A stretch of 64,000 bases of DNA from Dehalococcoidia bacterium (lineage in GTDB: Bacteria > Chloroflexota > Dehalococcoidia > Lucifugimonadales > QGNO01), in assembly GCA_965116555.1 (NCBI GenBank), contig OZ220698.1, positions 1,778,160 through 1,842,159 on the forward strand. Reading direction: 5' to 3'. The notes below the pieces were generated by a model. It was given only the letters and a program-made list of their open reading frames with translations, made no database searches and had not been told where the DNA came from. The stretch's first letter is position 1. Each line of letters starts with the position of its first letter. Positions 18,752 to 29,166 of this stretch are shown here, piece by piece. The position numbers and the translations under genes were made by a program.

Positions 18752-19801
18752 CTAACTGCTCAGGGACCGCGAGATGTTGGTCAACTCTACTATCTTGCTG
18801 ATGACCCAATCGTAGTCGGCCGAATCGAAGTCTACCACTACGTTGTTACTCTCGCGCTGCGCATCAAGCCAGTTTTCAAGCGCCCGGGTCTTCAAGACCT
18901 CTCTCATGTTATCGTTGACTTCAACAATCTCGGGCCCATCGGTGACCTTGAGGACGTGGACACCCGCACGCGTTCTCAGCGGGTGGGAATACACTCCGTG
19001 TTCAATGCTGAACAGCGTCTCCTCCAGCTCGAAGAAAGCGCCTCTGGGCACCCAGCCCACCTTCCCATCGTGGTCCGCCCAGACGGTGTCCTGGTTGTAT
19101 TCACGAGCCACGGCGTCGAACTCCTCACCGGCATCCAGCCTGTCAACGACCTCAGATGCCACTGCTTCGTCGCTGACCCTAATCCAGTGAACGTATACGG
19201 ACTCCTCCAATGAAGGGACTTCCTGGCCTACTATTTCGCGTATCTGCGTGCGCAGGATGTTGGATCTGGCTATTTGTCTATACGTCTCATCTGAAAGCTG
19301 CGAGATAGTCAGGAAGTCAGTGTATCGCTGCTGGAACTCCCTCTCCAAGGCATCGGGATCCTGTTCTTCTCCGGGAGCGGGCCTCGGATAAAAAGTAGAC
19401 CTTATTTCCTGATCAACGTCATCCCTGGTAACCGTCACGCCAACTTCAGGCGCGCCTTGGGTGAGAAGCTCCTCATCCACCAGGCTGGTGAGAACTTCAA
19501 ACGGCACGTTGGCTATCTGAGGTTGGGCGCCGGCCTCGACCTGGGACGCCACTCTTGCCCTGGCGCGGTCCACCATTTCACCCATGGTCCGTTCCACGTC
19601 ATTCACGTTGACGATTACTTGCTGGGGTGGCAACACGAACGTGACGTAGTAGCCCACAGCCGGGATTGCGAGAACCAGCAGCACTACGGCTGCCGCAAAC
19701 ACCAACACACGCCGCTGACGCCGCCTTTCCTGCAGTCTGCGAGACGCTAGCCTTCTACGCGTCGGTACTCTGGCTTCTTGATTGCGGGCGTTTGTAGTCA
19801 T
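18752..19801 (-). CDS. SurA/PrsA-like peptidylprolyl isomerase (PpiC rotamase)
   Basis: N-terminal TM anchor, SurA-like N domain, F..VAREY..D...GKVGWVPRG. Confidence 0.8.
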   Translation of the reverse strand: MTTNARNQEARVPTRRRLASRRLQERRRQRRVLVFAAAVVLLVLAIPAVGYYVTFVLPPQQVIVNVNDVERTMGEMVDRARARVASQVEAGAQPQIANVPFEVLTSLVDEELLTQGAPEVGVTVTRDDVDQEIRSTFYPRPAPGEEQDPDALEREFQQRYTDFLTISQLSDETYRQIARSNILRTQIREIVGQEVPSLEESVYVHWIRVSDEAVASEVVDRLDAGEEFDAVAREYNQDTVWADHDGKVGWVPRGAFFELEETLFSIEHGVYSHPLRTRAGVHVLKVTDGPEIVEVNDNMREVLKTRALENWLDAQRESNNVVVDFDSADYDWVISKIVELTNISRSLSS

Positions 19802-19887
19802 CCAATAACCAACCTGATTCTCTTATCAGCAATACATATCCCGGAGACGGTGCGGGATGCGCGCTGCGCCGGAACGCAACTGCTCAT

Positions 19888-20148
19888 CTAGCCATGTTCT
19901 CCGGTGAAAGGAAGCATAGCCAAGTGCCGGGCGCGCTTCAAAGCCAGCGCCAGTCCCCGCTGATGCTTGGCACAAGTGCCCGTCTTACGACGAGGCTCTA
20001 TCCTAGCTCTGTCCGAAAGATAGCGCCGGATCCTGGAGATGTTCTTGTAATCTATGTACTCCATCTTATCGACGCAAAAAGAGCACACTCTGCGACGCTG
20101 GTAATATCTTGGGCCGTCCCTGCGGCGACCCCTTGCCCTCTGGGTCAT
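19888..20148 (-). CDS. rpsR: 30S ribosomal protein S18 (zinc-binding form)
   Basis: RRRVCSFC, IDYK, RRKTGTCAKHQR, ARHLAMLPF. Confidence 0.97.
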   Translation of the reverse strand: MTQRARGRRRDGPRYYQRRRVCSFCVDKMEYIDYKNISRIRRYLSDRARIEPRRKTGTCAKHQRGLALALKRARHLAMLPFTGEHG

Positions 20149-20175
20149 GCGTTCATTACTCCTGTTACTTTGCTG

Positions 20176-20577
20176 CTAGAAAGGCAGGTCCTCCGGGTCT
20201 ACATGGCCCCCCGGCCCATCCTGTAAGCCGGACTCTTGTGACTGCGACCCTGGAGCCCTGTCCAAGAACAATACCGTGTTGGCAATTATTTCGTTGCGGA
20301 ACCGTGTCTGACCATCCTGCCCCTCCCAACTGCTGCTGCGCAGCCGTCCTTCCACGTATGCGCGGCGACCCTTGGACAGGTACTGATTGACCTGCTCCGC
20401 CAGCTGGTTCCAGGCCACTATTCTAAACCACTCCGTTTCCTCTCTACGCTCGCCGTCGGAAGTGGTGTACGACCTGTTTGTAGCCAAACTAAAGTTGGTC
20501 ACTGCACTCCCGCTGGGTGTGTAGCGCATTTCAGGGTCAGTGCCCAGGTTGCCAATTACCATAATCTTGTTGAGCAT
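20176..20577 (-). CDS. ssb: Single-stranded DNA-binding protein
   Basis: LNKIMVIGNLGTDPEMRYT, ETEWFRIV, VEGRL, acidic tail EDLPF. Confidence 0.97.
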   Translation of the reverse strand: MLNKIMVIGNLGTDPEMRYTPSGSAVTNFSLATNRSYTTSDGERREETEWFRIVAWNQLAEQVNQYLSKGRRAYVEGRLRSSSWEGQDGQTRFRNEIIANTVLFLDRAPGSQSQESGLQDGPGGHVDPEDLPF

Positions 20578-20604
20578 TCCCTATATCTCCGCTTTGCTGC
20601 TGAG

Positions 20605-20892
20605 CTAGTCTTCTCTTTTCATCACAAGATGCCGGATGATTTCCTGGTACGCTCTCAGAGCGTCATCCAATTCCTTGGCCGCGGCGGGTTCCGAGTTGAA
20701 CTGTGTCAGAACGTAATTCCCTTCACGGTAGTCTTGAATGGGGTAAGCCAGCCTCTGAGTTCCCCAGTCGTCCTGATTTGTCACTTCTCCGCCCCGGTCT
20801 GTGATGAACTTGCTCACACGTTCCACCACGCCGGTGGCGGCCTCTTCTTCAACTTCCGGGCTAATTACTATTACCAGTTCGTATTCACGCAC
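20605..20892 (-). CDS. rpsF: 30S ribosomal protein S6
   Basis: REYELVIVI, WG.QRLAYPI, IIRHLV; GTG start assumed; rpsF-ssb-rpsR order. Confidence 0.95.
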   Translation of the reverse strand: MREYELVIVISPEVEEEAATGVVERVSKFITDRGGEVTNQDDWGTQRLAYPIQDYREGNYVLTQFNSEPAAAKELDDALRAYQEIIRHLVMKRED

Positions 20893-21009
20893 TCCGCAAC
20901 TCAACTCCTCTTAATTATTGAGACGCCCTTAGACGCGGCACAGTGCGAGATTATAACACGATTCGCCATGTGCCGCACATTCCGCAAGGCTCCATCAGTC
21001 CCCCAAATC

Positions 21010-22242
21010 CTAAGGCACGGGGAAGCTGGAGGAAAGGCCTTGCACCTCCCTGCGCACATCCTCTTCTATGGCTTCATTCCCCATGTTCGTCAGCGTCTTA
21101 ACAATGAGGCGGCCCACCTCCACCATCTCTTCAGTCCCAAGCCCCCTTGTGGTCAGTGCAGCCGTGCCCAGTCTGAGTCCGCTAGTCACTCGCGGAGGCC
21201 GGCTATCGAAGGGGATAGCGTTCTTGTTGACCGTGATATAGACCCTTCCCAGCGCATCTTCAGCTTCCTGGCCTGTGATGCCCATGGGCGTAAGATCCAC
21301 TAGTATCAGGTGATTGTCCGTGCCGCCCGACACTATACGCAGTCCGCCGTCTTCCAACGACCTGGCCAGTGTCCGAGCATTTTCCACCACTTTGTGCCCG
21401 TAATCGGAGAACTCCGGCCTGAGAGCCTCTCCGAAGGCCACCGCTTTGCCTGCAATGGTGTGCATCATAGGCCCCCCTTGCATCAGGGGGAAAACGGCGC
21501 TGTCTATGGAGCGCGCCAGGTCTTCATTGCACATGATCAAAGCTCCCCTGGGGCCTCTGAGCGTCTTGTGCGTCGTGGACGTGACCACCTGGGCATGGGG
21601 GACGCAGGAGGGATGAGCGCCCGCGGCTATCAAGCCGGCCGTGTGGGCAATATCCACCAAGAGAATCGCGCCCACTTCATCCGCAACAGCCCGGAATCGG
21701 GCAAAGTCTATGGTCCGTGAATAAGCGGTGGCTCCCGTAACTATAACCTTGGGCCTGTGCTCCTTGGCCAGCCGTTCCACCTCGTCATAATCTATAAGCT
21801 CGGTTTCGCGGGTGACGCCGTAGGAGACAAAGTTGTACAGCCTGCCGGAGAAATTCACCCTGCTACCGTGGGTAAGGTGGCCGCCCTGGTCCAGCCGCAT
21901 GCCAAGGACCGTATCGCCGGGCTGCAGCAGAGCAAAGTAAACGGCCATGTTCGCCTGAGCGCCGCTGTGAGGTTGGACATTGGCGTGCTCAGCGCCGAAC
22001 AGCTTCTTCAGACGGTCTCTGGCAAGGTTCTCCGCCACGTCGACATATTCACAACCGCCGTAATAGCGTCGGCCCGGGTAGCCTTCAGCGTACTTGTTCG
22101 TCAGAACCGATCCCTGGGCTTCCTTGACCGCCTGGCTTACGTAATTTTCCGAGGCGATGAGAACCAGGTTGCGCCTCTGCCGCATCTCCTCGTTCTCTAT
22201 GACTTGAGCGATTTCAGGATCGGCCTGTGCGAGAACTCCCAT
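21010..22242 (-). CDS. glyA: Serine hydroxymethyltransferase
   Basis: [54 protein letters not shown]; start MGVLAQ after GGAGGG. Confidence 0.97.
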   Translation of the reverse strand: MGVLAQADPEIAQVIENEEMRQRRNLVLIASENYVSQAVKEAQGSVLTNKYAEGYPGRRYYGGCEYVDVAENLARDRLKKLFGAEHANVQPHSGAQANMAVYFALLQPGDTVLGMRLDQGGHLTHGSRVNFSGRLYNFVSYGVTRETELIDYDEVERLAKEHRPKVIVTGATAYSRTIDFARFRAVADEVGAILLVDIAHTAGLIAAGAHPSCVPHAQVVTSTTHKTLRGPRGALIMCNEDLARSIDSAVFPLMQGGPMMHTIAGKAVAFGEALRPEFSDYGHKVVENARTLARSLEDGGLRIVSGGTDNHLILVDLTPMGITGQEAEDALGRVYITVNKNAIPFDSRPPRVTSGLRLGTAALTTRGLGTEEMVEVGRLIVKTLTNMGNEAIEEDVRREVQGLSSSFPVP

Positions 22243-22340
22243 CAGTATCCCTCCCTCACAGGAGCAGAATGAAGGGAGAGCCTGAAGACTCTCCCCATCT
22301 GTTCCTGTAACTAGCAGCACTTAGTACGGCTTATACAAAA

Positions 22341-22369
22341 AGTGTATTGCGCAGGCATGAGCGTGTCAA
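22341..22369 (-). promoter_or_regulatory. Sigma70-type promoter of glyA
   Basis: TTGACA-17 nt-TACACT on the minus strand. Confidence 0.7.
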
Positions 22370-22388
22370 TTGAGCATGCCCACCCCAT

Positions 22389-22492
22389 CCGTCATACCCG
22401 TAACGCTTGCCCCGCACTCGATGCGGGGACAAGTATCCAGGAGTGTCGGGCCTCCTCCGCTCACCCTGAGCATAGTCGAAGGGAGTGAGCGG
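22389..22492. repeat. Two adjacent REP-like palindromes
   Basis: gtcatacc...cttgccccgca/tgcggggacaag...gtatccag, then ccgctcac-cctgagcatagtcgaagg-gtgagcgg. Confidence 0.7.
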
Positions 22493-22533
22493 GCACCCAC
22501 ATTTACCGCGTCCCGAACGACCTAAACCGCCCC

Positions 22534-22956
22534 CTACTGGCCGGAGATTTCGTAGTCGAGCATCCAGCCTATGCCGAACTTGTCGGTGCAGGCGGCAAAG
22601 TAGGAACCCCAGAACATCTCCGCCGCCTCCATGGTCACGGTCCCTCCATCGGACAGCTTGGCCAAGAGAGCGTCGACCTCCTCCCTGCTCTGAGTCGTAT
22701 AGGCGATGGAGAAGTTGCTGCCCATGACCGGGGGCGGGCCAAACATGGACGGTACGTCGCTGCCCATGAGCACGCTGTCGCCTATGGGCAGCGATACGTG
22801 CATTATCAGGTGCTTTTCCGACTCCGGAACGCCCATGTCTGGGGGGCCGCCCTCCATGGTCTCCATGACGGTGAATTCACCGCCAAACACAGAGCGATAG
22901 AACTCGAAAGCCTCGCGGCAGTTGTTGTTGAAGTGGAGATAGGTGTTGAGAGTCAT
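22534..22956 (-). CDS. VOC/PhnB (glyoxalase-like) family protein
   Basis: YLHFNNNCREAFEFY..VFGG, IMHVSL, MGSD, FWG......DKFGI.W. Confidence 0.92.
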   Translation of the reverse strand: MTLNTYLHFNNNCREAFEFYRSVFGGEFTVMETMEGGPPDMGVPESEKHLIMHVSLPIGDSVLMGSDVPSMFGPPPVMGSNFSIAYTTQSREEVDALLAKLSDGGTVTMEAAEMFWGSYFAACTDKFGIGWMLDYEISGQ

Positions 22957-23065
22957 GTATGCCCCCTTGTTCTCAGTCGTTAAGTTACAGAGTAAGGCCG
23001 TCGTTACACAGCGTCAATGCGGAGTTGTCCTTGTGGTCTTGTGTGGTGCAATTGACATCTGCACC

Positions 23066-23800
23066 CTACACCTCCCTGGCCAGGGTCAGGCCCTGCACGG
23101 AGAGCGCTCCCGCCGCTTTCAGGGCCAGCGAGCACGCCTCCAGTGTAGAGCCTGTAGTGCATACGTCGTCCAGTATCATGACGCGTTTTCCGCCTACCAG
23201 GTCCGGTTCCGCCTGGAACGCGTTTGCCACGTTGGCCAAGCGCTCGTCCTCGCTGGATACCGACGCCTGGGAAGGGGTGTTCTGCACTCGGCGCAAGGCG
23301 TCACTGCTTGTCTCCACGTCCAACAGCGCGCCGGTTTCTTTGGCCAGAAGCAGCGTCTGGTTATATCCCCTGCTGCGCTCTCTCCTGGGATGCAGCGGCG
23401 CCGGGACCAGAAGATCTGCCTCTATGGACTGCGACACGACAAAATTAGCAAGGAGACCGGCCAGCACGGGAGCCATCGCCCGCAGGTTCCTATACTTCAG
23501 CGAGTGCACGGCGTTGCGAATCGCGCCCTCGAACCGGTATGGCGAACGGATGCCGTCTATCTGAAGAGGTCGTTCCCAGCATCTAGCGCAGAGGCGCATC
23601 ATCAGGTCCCCCGGCTGGGAACATATGAAGCAGTAGGGAGGTTCCAGCGTCGGCAGGTCGTCATGGCACTCGCCGCACAGGAACGCGCCTTCAACGTCGC
23701 ATCCCACGCACCTCTTGGGAAACAGGAGATCGACGGACTTAGAGACGGCGCTGCCTGCAGCCCGCCTCACGACTTGGATGATTCGACTTCCCTGTTGCAT
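23066..23800 (-). CDS. comF: ComF family protein (double zinc ribbon plus PRTase domain)
   Basis: CVGC, CGEC, CFIC, CARC; RGYNQ; PRPP motif DDVCTTGSTL; start uncertain. Confidence 0.9.
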   Translation of the reverse strand: MQQGSRIIQVVRRAAGSAVSKSVDLLFPKRCVGCDVEGAFLCGECHDDLPTLEPPYCFICSQPGDLMMRLCARCWERPLQIDGIRSPYRFEGAIRNAVHSLKYRNLRAMAPVLAGLLANFVVSQSIEADLLVPAPLHPRRERSRGYNQTLLLAKETGALLDVETSSDALRRVQNTPSQASVSSEDERLANVANAFQAEPDLVGGKRVMILDDVCTTGSTLEACSLALKAAGALSVQGLTLAREV

Positions 23801-23844
23801 AGCCATGGACGAAGCCATGTTAAAATGAGCCTCAGGTAGGCGCA

Positions 23845-24546
23845 ATGGCGATCAAAGCGGTCTTCTTCGACTTTTACGGCACCCTTGCCGGATTTCACCC
23901 TTCCAAGGAAGAGGTGCAGGTCCAGGCCATGGCCAGCATGGGCTTTCACCCCAGTCTTGAAGGGATCACCCAGGGCTATCGTGAAGCTGACAGGCTGATG
24001 TCCGAGGTGAACTCGACCACTTCCCCCATTAGAGGAATGTCGCCACAGGAGCGGCTGGACTTCTTTGCACGATACGAACAGCTCATACTGAAAGGCGCCG
24101 GCATAGAGACCGACCTTGAAACGGCGGGAAAGGTCTGGGCAAAGGTTCAGGGCATCCCCCACGACTTCGCCCTGTTCTACGATACGCTGCCCACGCTTCA
24201 AGCGCTCCGCAACAAGGGGTTGACCGTGGGGCTGATCAGCAACATAGGCGCCAACGCATCCAATTTAACGGCGCAACTGGGACTGACCGGGCACCTGGAT
24301 TTCATAGTCACCTCACATGAAGCGGGCATGGAGAAGCCGCACCCGCCCATCTTCCTTCTCGCGCTGGCAAGAGCGAGCGCCAAGCCGGAAGAGGCGATGC
24401 ATGTGGGCGACTCACCCGTGTCTGACGTGGAGGGTGCGCGCAACGTCGGCATAAAGCCTCTGCTCATTGACCGCGACGGCGTGATGGTAGGCTACCGCGG
24501 CTGCCCGCGCATAACCAGCCTCGCCGAGGTCATGGGACACCTTTAG
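23845..24546 (+). CDS. HAD-IA family hydrolase
   Basis: FFDFYGTL, ISN, EKPHP.IF, HVGDS..SDVEGA. Confidence 0.9.
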   Translation: MAIKAVFFDFYGTLAGFHPSKEEVQVQAMASMGFHPSLEGITQGYREADRLMSEVNSTTSPIRGMSPQERLDFFARYEQLILKGAGIETDLETAGKVWAKVQGIPHDFALFYDTLPTLQALRNKGLTVGLISNIGANASNLTAQLGLTGHLDFIVTSHEAGMEKPHPPIFLLALARASAKPEEAMHVGDSPVSDVEGARNVGIKPLLIDRDGVMVGYRGCPRITSLAEVMGHL

Positions 24547-24561
24547 CAGCCAGCCAGTCGA

Positions 24562-25281
24562 TTATCCCGCCGTGACTAGGTCAAGGACTTCTGTGATCGC
24601 GGACACCGTAGGGCCTCGCCACTCCTTGGCCTCGGGGCGGTGAGGGTCGTCCAGGTCATCGCCGGGCGTCCGGATCAGCACCGGGTGCAAACCCACCGAC
24701 CTCGAGCCCTCCAACTCGTTGCTGCCCCCGTCGCCAACGAACAGACACGTGTCCGCTGCCAGCTCAAGACCCTCGAACGCCAGGTGGTAGATGCGCGGGT
24801 CTGGCTTGGACATTCCTACCTCGCAGGAGAAGACGGGCACGTCAACCAACGGGGCCATCGGCGTCTCTCGCCACAGCTCATCGGTCTGCGCGCTCGCGTT
24901 GCTTACCAGCCCTATCCGGAACCCCGCCGACCGGAGAGCAGCCAGCGTTTCCACGCTCCCAGGCCTGGGAACAAGGGATCGCCGGTAGAGGTCCAGCCGC
25001 AGCTTTGCCGCGGCCTTCACCCGAGAGGCGTCGCGCTGAATTCCAAGACGCTGGCACACGTGCCAAATGTTTTCCTCAATGGTTCGGAATACTCCCCTCT
25101 CCCGGTCCAAGAACGTCTCACGCCACAGCCGCCCAAACTCGTCAACGGCAACATCCAGGGTTGCTGCCATCTCCGCGATGCTCGCTAGGCTTTCTTGGGA
25201 ACGGAAGGAATCGACAAGGGTTCCGTAGAGGTCAAAGATTACTCCCTTGTATTCGCGTGCATCCACGGTCTCTCTAGTCAC
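24562..25281 (-). CDS. HAD-IA family hydrolase
   Basis: IFDLYGTL, VSN, KPDPRIY, FVGDG...ELEG. Confidence 0.9.
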   Translation of the reverse strand: MTRETVDAREYKGVIFDLYGTLVDSFRSQESLASIAEMAATLDVAVDEFGRLWRETFLDRERGVFRTIEENIWHVCQRLGIQRDASRVKAAAKLRLDLYRRSLVPRPGSVETLAALRSAGFRIGLVSNASAQTDELWRETPMAPLVDVPVFSCEVGMSKPDPRIYHLAFEGLELAADTCLFVGDGGSNELEGSRSVGLHPVLIRTPGDDLDDPHRPEAKEWRGPTVSAITEVLDLVTAG

Positions 25282-25283
25282 CG

Positions 25284-26030
25284 CTACCCTGTCTGCTTGG
25301 TCGCCGGCCCAAGCTCCTCTGCCACGGCCAGAGTGCTGCTCGGCTCTTCCTTGTCGGATTGCTCAAGCGCCTCCATCACCTTATCGGCGAAGGCCGCTTC
25401 CGGCACTGCGCCGACGAACTGTATCTTGTTGTTGATCACGGTCTTGGGCACACCGCTTACCATGTACATCCTGGCAACGGCGGGGAACTCCTGCACCTCC
25501 ACAACGTCGGCGGTGATGTTCTTGTTCTCCATGGCCATTGCATGCGCGATGCGCGCCATCTGGGGGCAGTACCCGCAAGTGGGCGTAACAAACACCTGGA
25601 TATGCACCGGCTCCTTGATGCGCTTCAACTTCTTCCGCGTTTCCAGGGAAAGCGGGCTGACCCCGCGCGATACGGTTACAAGGTCTTCGATAATGGTGGC
25701 GAACTCGTATCCCAGTGGAATGCCGTAGAACCTCACGTTGGACTCTCCGTTCTTGGATATGACCATTGCAGGTATTCTCTCCACGCCGGCCTTCTTGGCC
25801 TCCTCCGCCTCAGAATAGAAGTCCTTGATCTCAAGGTGCAGCTTGTTGGAAAGTCCCGTCACCTCCTCCAACAGCTTCTGCGTCTGCTCACAGTAAGCGC
25901 ATTCGCGTCCTGGAATGGTAAGGCCAAAGGTGCGCTGGGTGAACAGGCGGATGGTAACGTCCTGCTTTAGCTCGCGCCTGAACCTGTCCTTCAGCGCCTG
26001 CGTGTCATTATCCGAGAGAAGCGTAGTCAT
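25284..26030 (-). CDS. Protein disulfide oxidoreductase (AhpF N-terminal-like, two thioredoxin folds)
   Basis: CAYC and FVTPTCGYCP motifs, GIPLGYEFATII, VPKTVIN. Confidence 0.9.
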   Translation of the reverse strand: MTTLLSDNDTQALKDRFRRELKQDVTIRLFTQRTFGLTIPGRECAYCEQTQKLLEEVTGLSNKLHLEIKDFYSEAEEAKKAGVERIPAMVISKNGESNVRFYGIPLGYEFATIIEDLVTVSRGVSPLSLETRKKLKRIKEPVHIQVFVTPTCGYCPQMARIAHAMAMENKNITADVVEVQEFPAVARMYMVSGVPKTVINNKIQFVGAVPEAAFADKVMEALEQSDKEEPSSTLAVAEELGPATKQTG

Positions 26031-26088
26031 AGGTTACCCTCCAAATAGCCATGGACAGTCTAGCAAAACAACCACCCGCTGTTCCACG

Positions 26089-26709
26089 TCATCTCTCTTT
26101 TTGCCTCGTACCCCTCCATAGAGCATGCACTCTCTGCGCCGATGACAGAACGGACAGAGCGATCATGACGGACAACGCCGGGACCAGCCAGCCGGTGAGT
26201 AGCCCTATGGTCAGCACCAGCACACGCTCCGTCCTGGTGAACAGGCCGCTCTCCTTCATAACCACTCCCAGCCCCTCGCCGCGGGCACGGAGATAGCTCA
26301 CGGAGAAAGAGGAGACCAGGGCCAGAAAGGCCAGCAGCACTCCGGCGTCGCTATCGAGGTGGAGGAACAAGGCGGCCGCTCCAAGCAATACAACAGCCTC
26401 GCCAAGACGGTCTGCCAGCGAGTCCAAGGCGGCGCCGAAGACGCTTTCCTCACCCTTGAGCCGAGCCACCGCCCCATCTAGCATATCCATGACGCTGGCA
26501 AAGAGGAACACCAGTCCGCCGATGAGAAGCTCGTCTTGGGATACCAGGTAAGCCGCTAGAGCCGTGACCAGCAAACCGGCCACGGTTATGGCGTTGGGGG
26601 GAATCTTCAGTCTAACCAGGAGCCGAGCCGCCGGGGTTTCCAGGTAGCGGCTCAGTGATTCACGGGCCTTTTCTCTAATGGCCCACCGCCGCCACGGATG
26701 AGGCCGCAC
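26089..26709 (-). CDS. CDP-alcohol phosphatidyltransferase (phosphatidylinositol-phosphate synthase PgsA-like)
   Basis: PNAIT, DMLDGAVAR......FGAALDSLADR, SYLRARGEGLG, RTER. Confidence 0.9.
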   Translation of the reverse strand: MRPHPWRRWAIREKARESLSRYLETPAARLLVRLKIPPNAITVAGLLVTALAAYLVSQDELLIGGLVFLFASVMDMLDGAVARLKGEESVFGAALDSLADRLGEAVVLLGAAALFLHLDSDAGVLLAFLALVSSFSVSYLRARGEGLGVVMKESGLFTRTERVLVLTIGLLTGWLVPALSVMIALSVLSSAQRVHALWRGTRQKER

Positions 26710-27823
26710 CGGCGCGGCGGTCTAGGGCGTCCCGATAGATGTCTACCACCTGCTCCGCCACCCTCTCCCAGCGGAAGGTCTGCACCCTTTCCAGGCCGCG
26801 CTTCCCCATGTCAAAGCGTAACTCAGGGCTGTCTATAAGCTGTTTCAGCCCAGCGTAGAGCATCTCATCGTTCTTGGGAGGCACCAGAAATCCTTCTTTG
26901 CCGTTGGTCATCACGCTGGCGAATCCCGATATGTCCGAAGCAACAATGGGCTTCCCCGAGGCCATGGCTTCTCCCAGCACAATGCCGAAGCTTTCCTTGC
27001 CCGTATTGGGCGCGCAGAAGATGTGGGCGGTCTTGAAGTAACGCCGTTTCTGCTCATCTGTGACTCTACCTACAAAGACCACGTCCTGCAGGTTTCGCTC
27101 CGCCATTATGCGGTAGCTCTCCTTGCCGGGATTCCCCGGACCCACCACTATGAGGCGTGTGTTGGGGTATTCCCACTTCAGCCTGCTGAACGCCTGCAGC
27201 AGGTACTTGAGACCTTTGCGTTTCTCCAGACGGCCCACGAAGAGGATGTTCAGCTTCCCGTCGTTGAAGGCGTCGAAGGGTGGCATCTCTTCAGTAAAGA
27301 AATCGACGTCTATGCCGTTGGGGATGATGTGATAGTCGCTGGGAAACGACCCGCTCACGAACTGCCGGGCCGGCTCTGAAACGGCGATTCGCGCATCCAG
27401 CTTTTTGAACCACCGCCTCATTATTCTCTTGCCGAACCAGTACATGTAGCCCCTTCCGTGAAAGGCATGGAAGGTGCCCACGTTCGCCGTGTTGGAGAAA
27501 CGAAGCACGGTCAATGGAAGCACCGGCGCAAGGGGCTCGTGGAGATGAACTACGTCAAAGGCCTCTTCGTTCAAGATGGCCTTCACCCTGCGCTCTCGCC
27601 ACACGGAAAGGGAGATGCGGGCAATGGAACCGCCGCTGGGCACCGGGACAGGCCGCCCTACGGGAATGAGGTTGTCCTGGTCTATGGTGTAAGGAGACTT
27701 GACCGGGGCCAGCACCTTGACCACGTGCCCCATACGTTCCAACTGACGGCTTAGCTGTGAGACGTGGGCGACCACTCCCCCGTGGTAAGCGAAATCGTAT
27801 GGCGATACCAGCCCTATTTTCAT
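26675..27823 (-). CDS. GT4 glycosyltransferase, PimA-like
   Basis: MKIGLVSPYD....GGV..HV, HLHEP, VGTFH, GRLEKRKG, NTGKESFGIVL.EAMA. Confidence 0.85.
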   Translation of the reverse strand: MKIGLVSPYDFAYHGGVVAHVSQLSRQLERMGHVVKVLAPVKSPYTIDQDNLIPVGRPVPVPSGGSIARISLSVWRERRVKAILNEEAFDVVHLHEPLAPVLPLTVLRFSNTANVGTFHAFHGRGYMYWFGKRIMRRWFKKLDARIAVSEPARQFVSGSFPSDYHIIPNGIDVDFFTEEMPPFDAFNDGKLNILFVGRLEKRKGLKYLLQAFSRLKWEYPNTRLIVVGPGNPGKESYRIMAERNLQDVVFVGRVTDEQKRRYFKTAHIFCAPNTGKESFGIVLGEAMASGKPIVASDISGFASVMTNGKEGFLVPPKNDEMLYAGLKQLIDSPELRFDMGKRGLERVQTFRWERVAEQVVDIYRDALDRRAGAASSVAAVGH

Positions 27824-27836
27824 GTGAAGCAGGCTA

Positions 27837-28931
27837 TTATGCTAGCTGATCGTTGGCCGAGCCATCTCCTTCTATGTACGCTTCAACCAAGTCATGGGCA
27901 TCGTCGTCTGTGAACTGAATCGGCGGCGACTTCATGAAGTACGAAGACGGCGCCACCATGGGACCGCCCCATCCCCTGTCCAAGGCCAGCTTTGCGCAGC
28001 GGATGGCGTCGATGAGCACGCCCGCCGAATTAGGGCTGTCCCATACCTCCAACTTCAGTTCCGCGTTCAGCGGCACGTCACCAAACGTCCTGCCCTCCAC
28101 GCGTATGTAGGCCCACTTGCGGTCCGTAAGCCACGGCACATAATCGCTGGGGCCTATGTGGACGTTGCCATCGCCGAGGTCGTATGGAAGCTGAGAGGTA
28201 ACCGAATTGGTCTTGGATATCTTCTTTGAAACCAGCCGCTCGCGCTCAAGCATGTTTTCAAAGTCGGTGTTCCCGCCAAAGTTGAGCTGGTATGTCCGCT
28301 CCACTTTCACGCCGCGCTCATGGAATAGACGGGTCAACATACGGTGTGTGATGGTGGCTCCAACCTGCGACTTGATGTCGTCTCCTATGATGGGTAAGTT
28401 CTTGTCCTTGAACTTCTTCTGCCAGTAGCCTCCGGTGGCTATGAAGACGGGAATGCAGTTGATGAAAGCGGTGCCCGCCTCCAGCACCTGGTCGGCGTAC
28501 CATCTGGTCGCCTCTTCGCTTCCCACCGGCAGGTAGTTGATCACAACGTCGGCGCCGGTATCCTTGAGCACTTGGGCCACGTCCACCGTATCGCCGGGCG
28601 CTTTCTTGACCTTGTCTGAAATGTACTTGCCTATGCCGTCATGCGTCATGCCGCGCATCACCTTTACGCCTGTACGCGGCACGTCGTGGAAGGTTACGGT
28701 GTTGTTCGGCGGAGCGTATATCGCTTTGCCAAGGTCCTTGCCCACCTTGTTTTTATCGATGTCAAAGGCGGCGACAAACTCTATGTCTCCAACGTGGTAT
28801 CCGCCAAGCACGGTATGCATGAGGCCGGGAATGAAGCCGTTTTCAGATGCCTCCCGATACTTGTAGACGCCCTGCACCAGAGACGAAGCGCAGTTGCCAA
28901 CGCCTATGATTGCAACTTTTATCTTTCCCAA
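27837..28931 (-). CDS. ino1: Myo-inositol-1-phosphate synthase
   Basis: [54 protein letters not shown]. Confidence 0.97.
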   Translation of the reverse strand: MGKIKVAIIGVGNCASSLVQGVYKYREASENGFIPGLMHTVLGGYHVGDIEFVAAFDIDKNKVGKDLGKAIYAPPNNTVTFHDVPRTGVKVMRGMTHDGIGKYISDKVKKAPGDTVDVAQVLKDTGADVVINYLPVGSEEATRWYADQVLEAGTAFINCIPVFIATGGYWQKKFKDKNLPIIGDDIKSQVGATITHRMLTRLFHERGVKVERTYQLNFGGNTDFENMLERERLVSKKISKTNSVTSQLPYDLGDGNVHIGPSDYVPWLTDRKWAYIRVEGRTFGDVPLNAELKLEVWDSPNSAGVLIDAIRCAKLALDRGWGGPMVAPSSYFMKSPPIQFTDDDAHDLVEAYIEGDGSANDQLA

Positions 28932-29166
28932 TATGCCTCCTTCCTAGAAAAGAGTGCCATCAACTCAGTATAACTTGCTATGAATTAGCTGCGTGGAATT
29001 CGTCTAGCCCATACGGGTTGTGACTGTAATTTGGTTCAAGTCTTAAATCATGTCATAGAAAATGTCAAGTGCGCAGGCAGGCGGACAGGCCCCCACCATC
29101 ACCCTCCTACTCTCCGTCATTCTCGCCTCCACAAGAATCCAGGCGGGGCGTGGTGACCACCGGCAT

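Noticed and set aside
21010-21030. Possible premature stop in glyA (FPVP*)
   Set aside because: It lies at the normal C-terminal position of SHMT; at most a few residues differ.
22243-22340. Glycine or ZTP riboswitch upstream of glyA
   Set aside because: The conserved aptamer motifs are not present; kept only as an unexplained structure.
29062-29166. Possible small gene or regulatory RNA between the aldolase/SDR stop and the ino1 promoter
   Set aside because: Only a degenerate GTCATTC..GAATCCAG repeat remnant is evident; no convincing SD/ORF or conserved structure.
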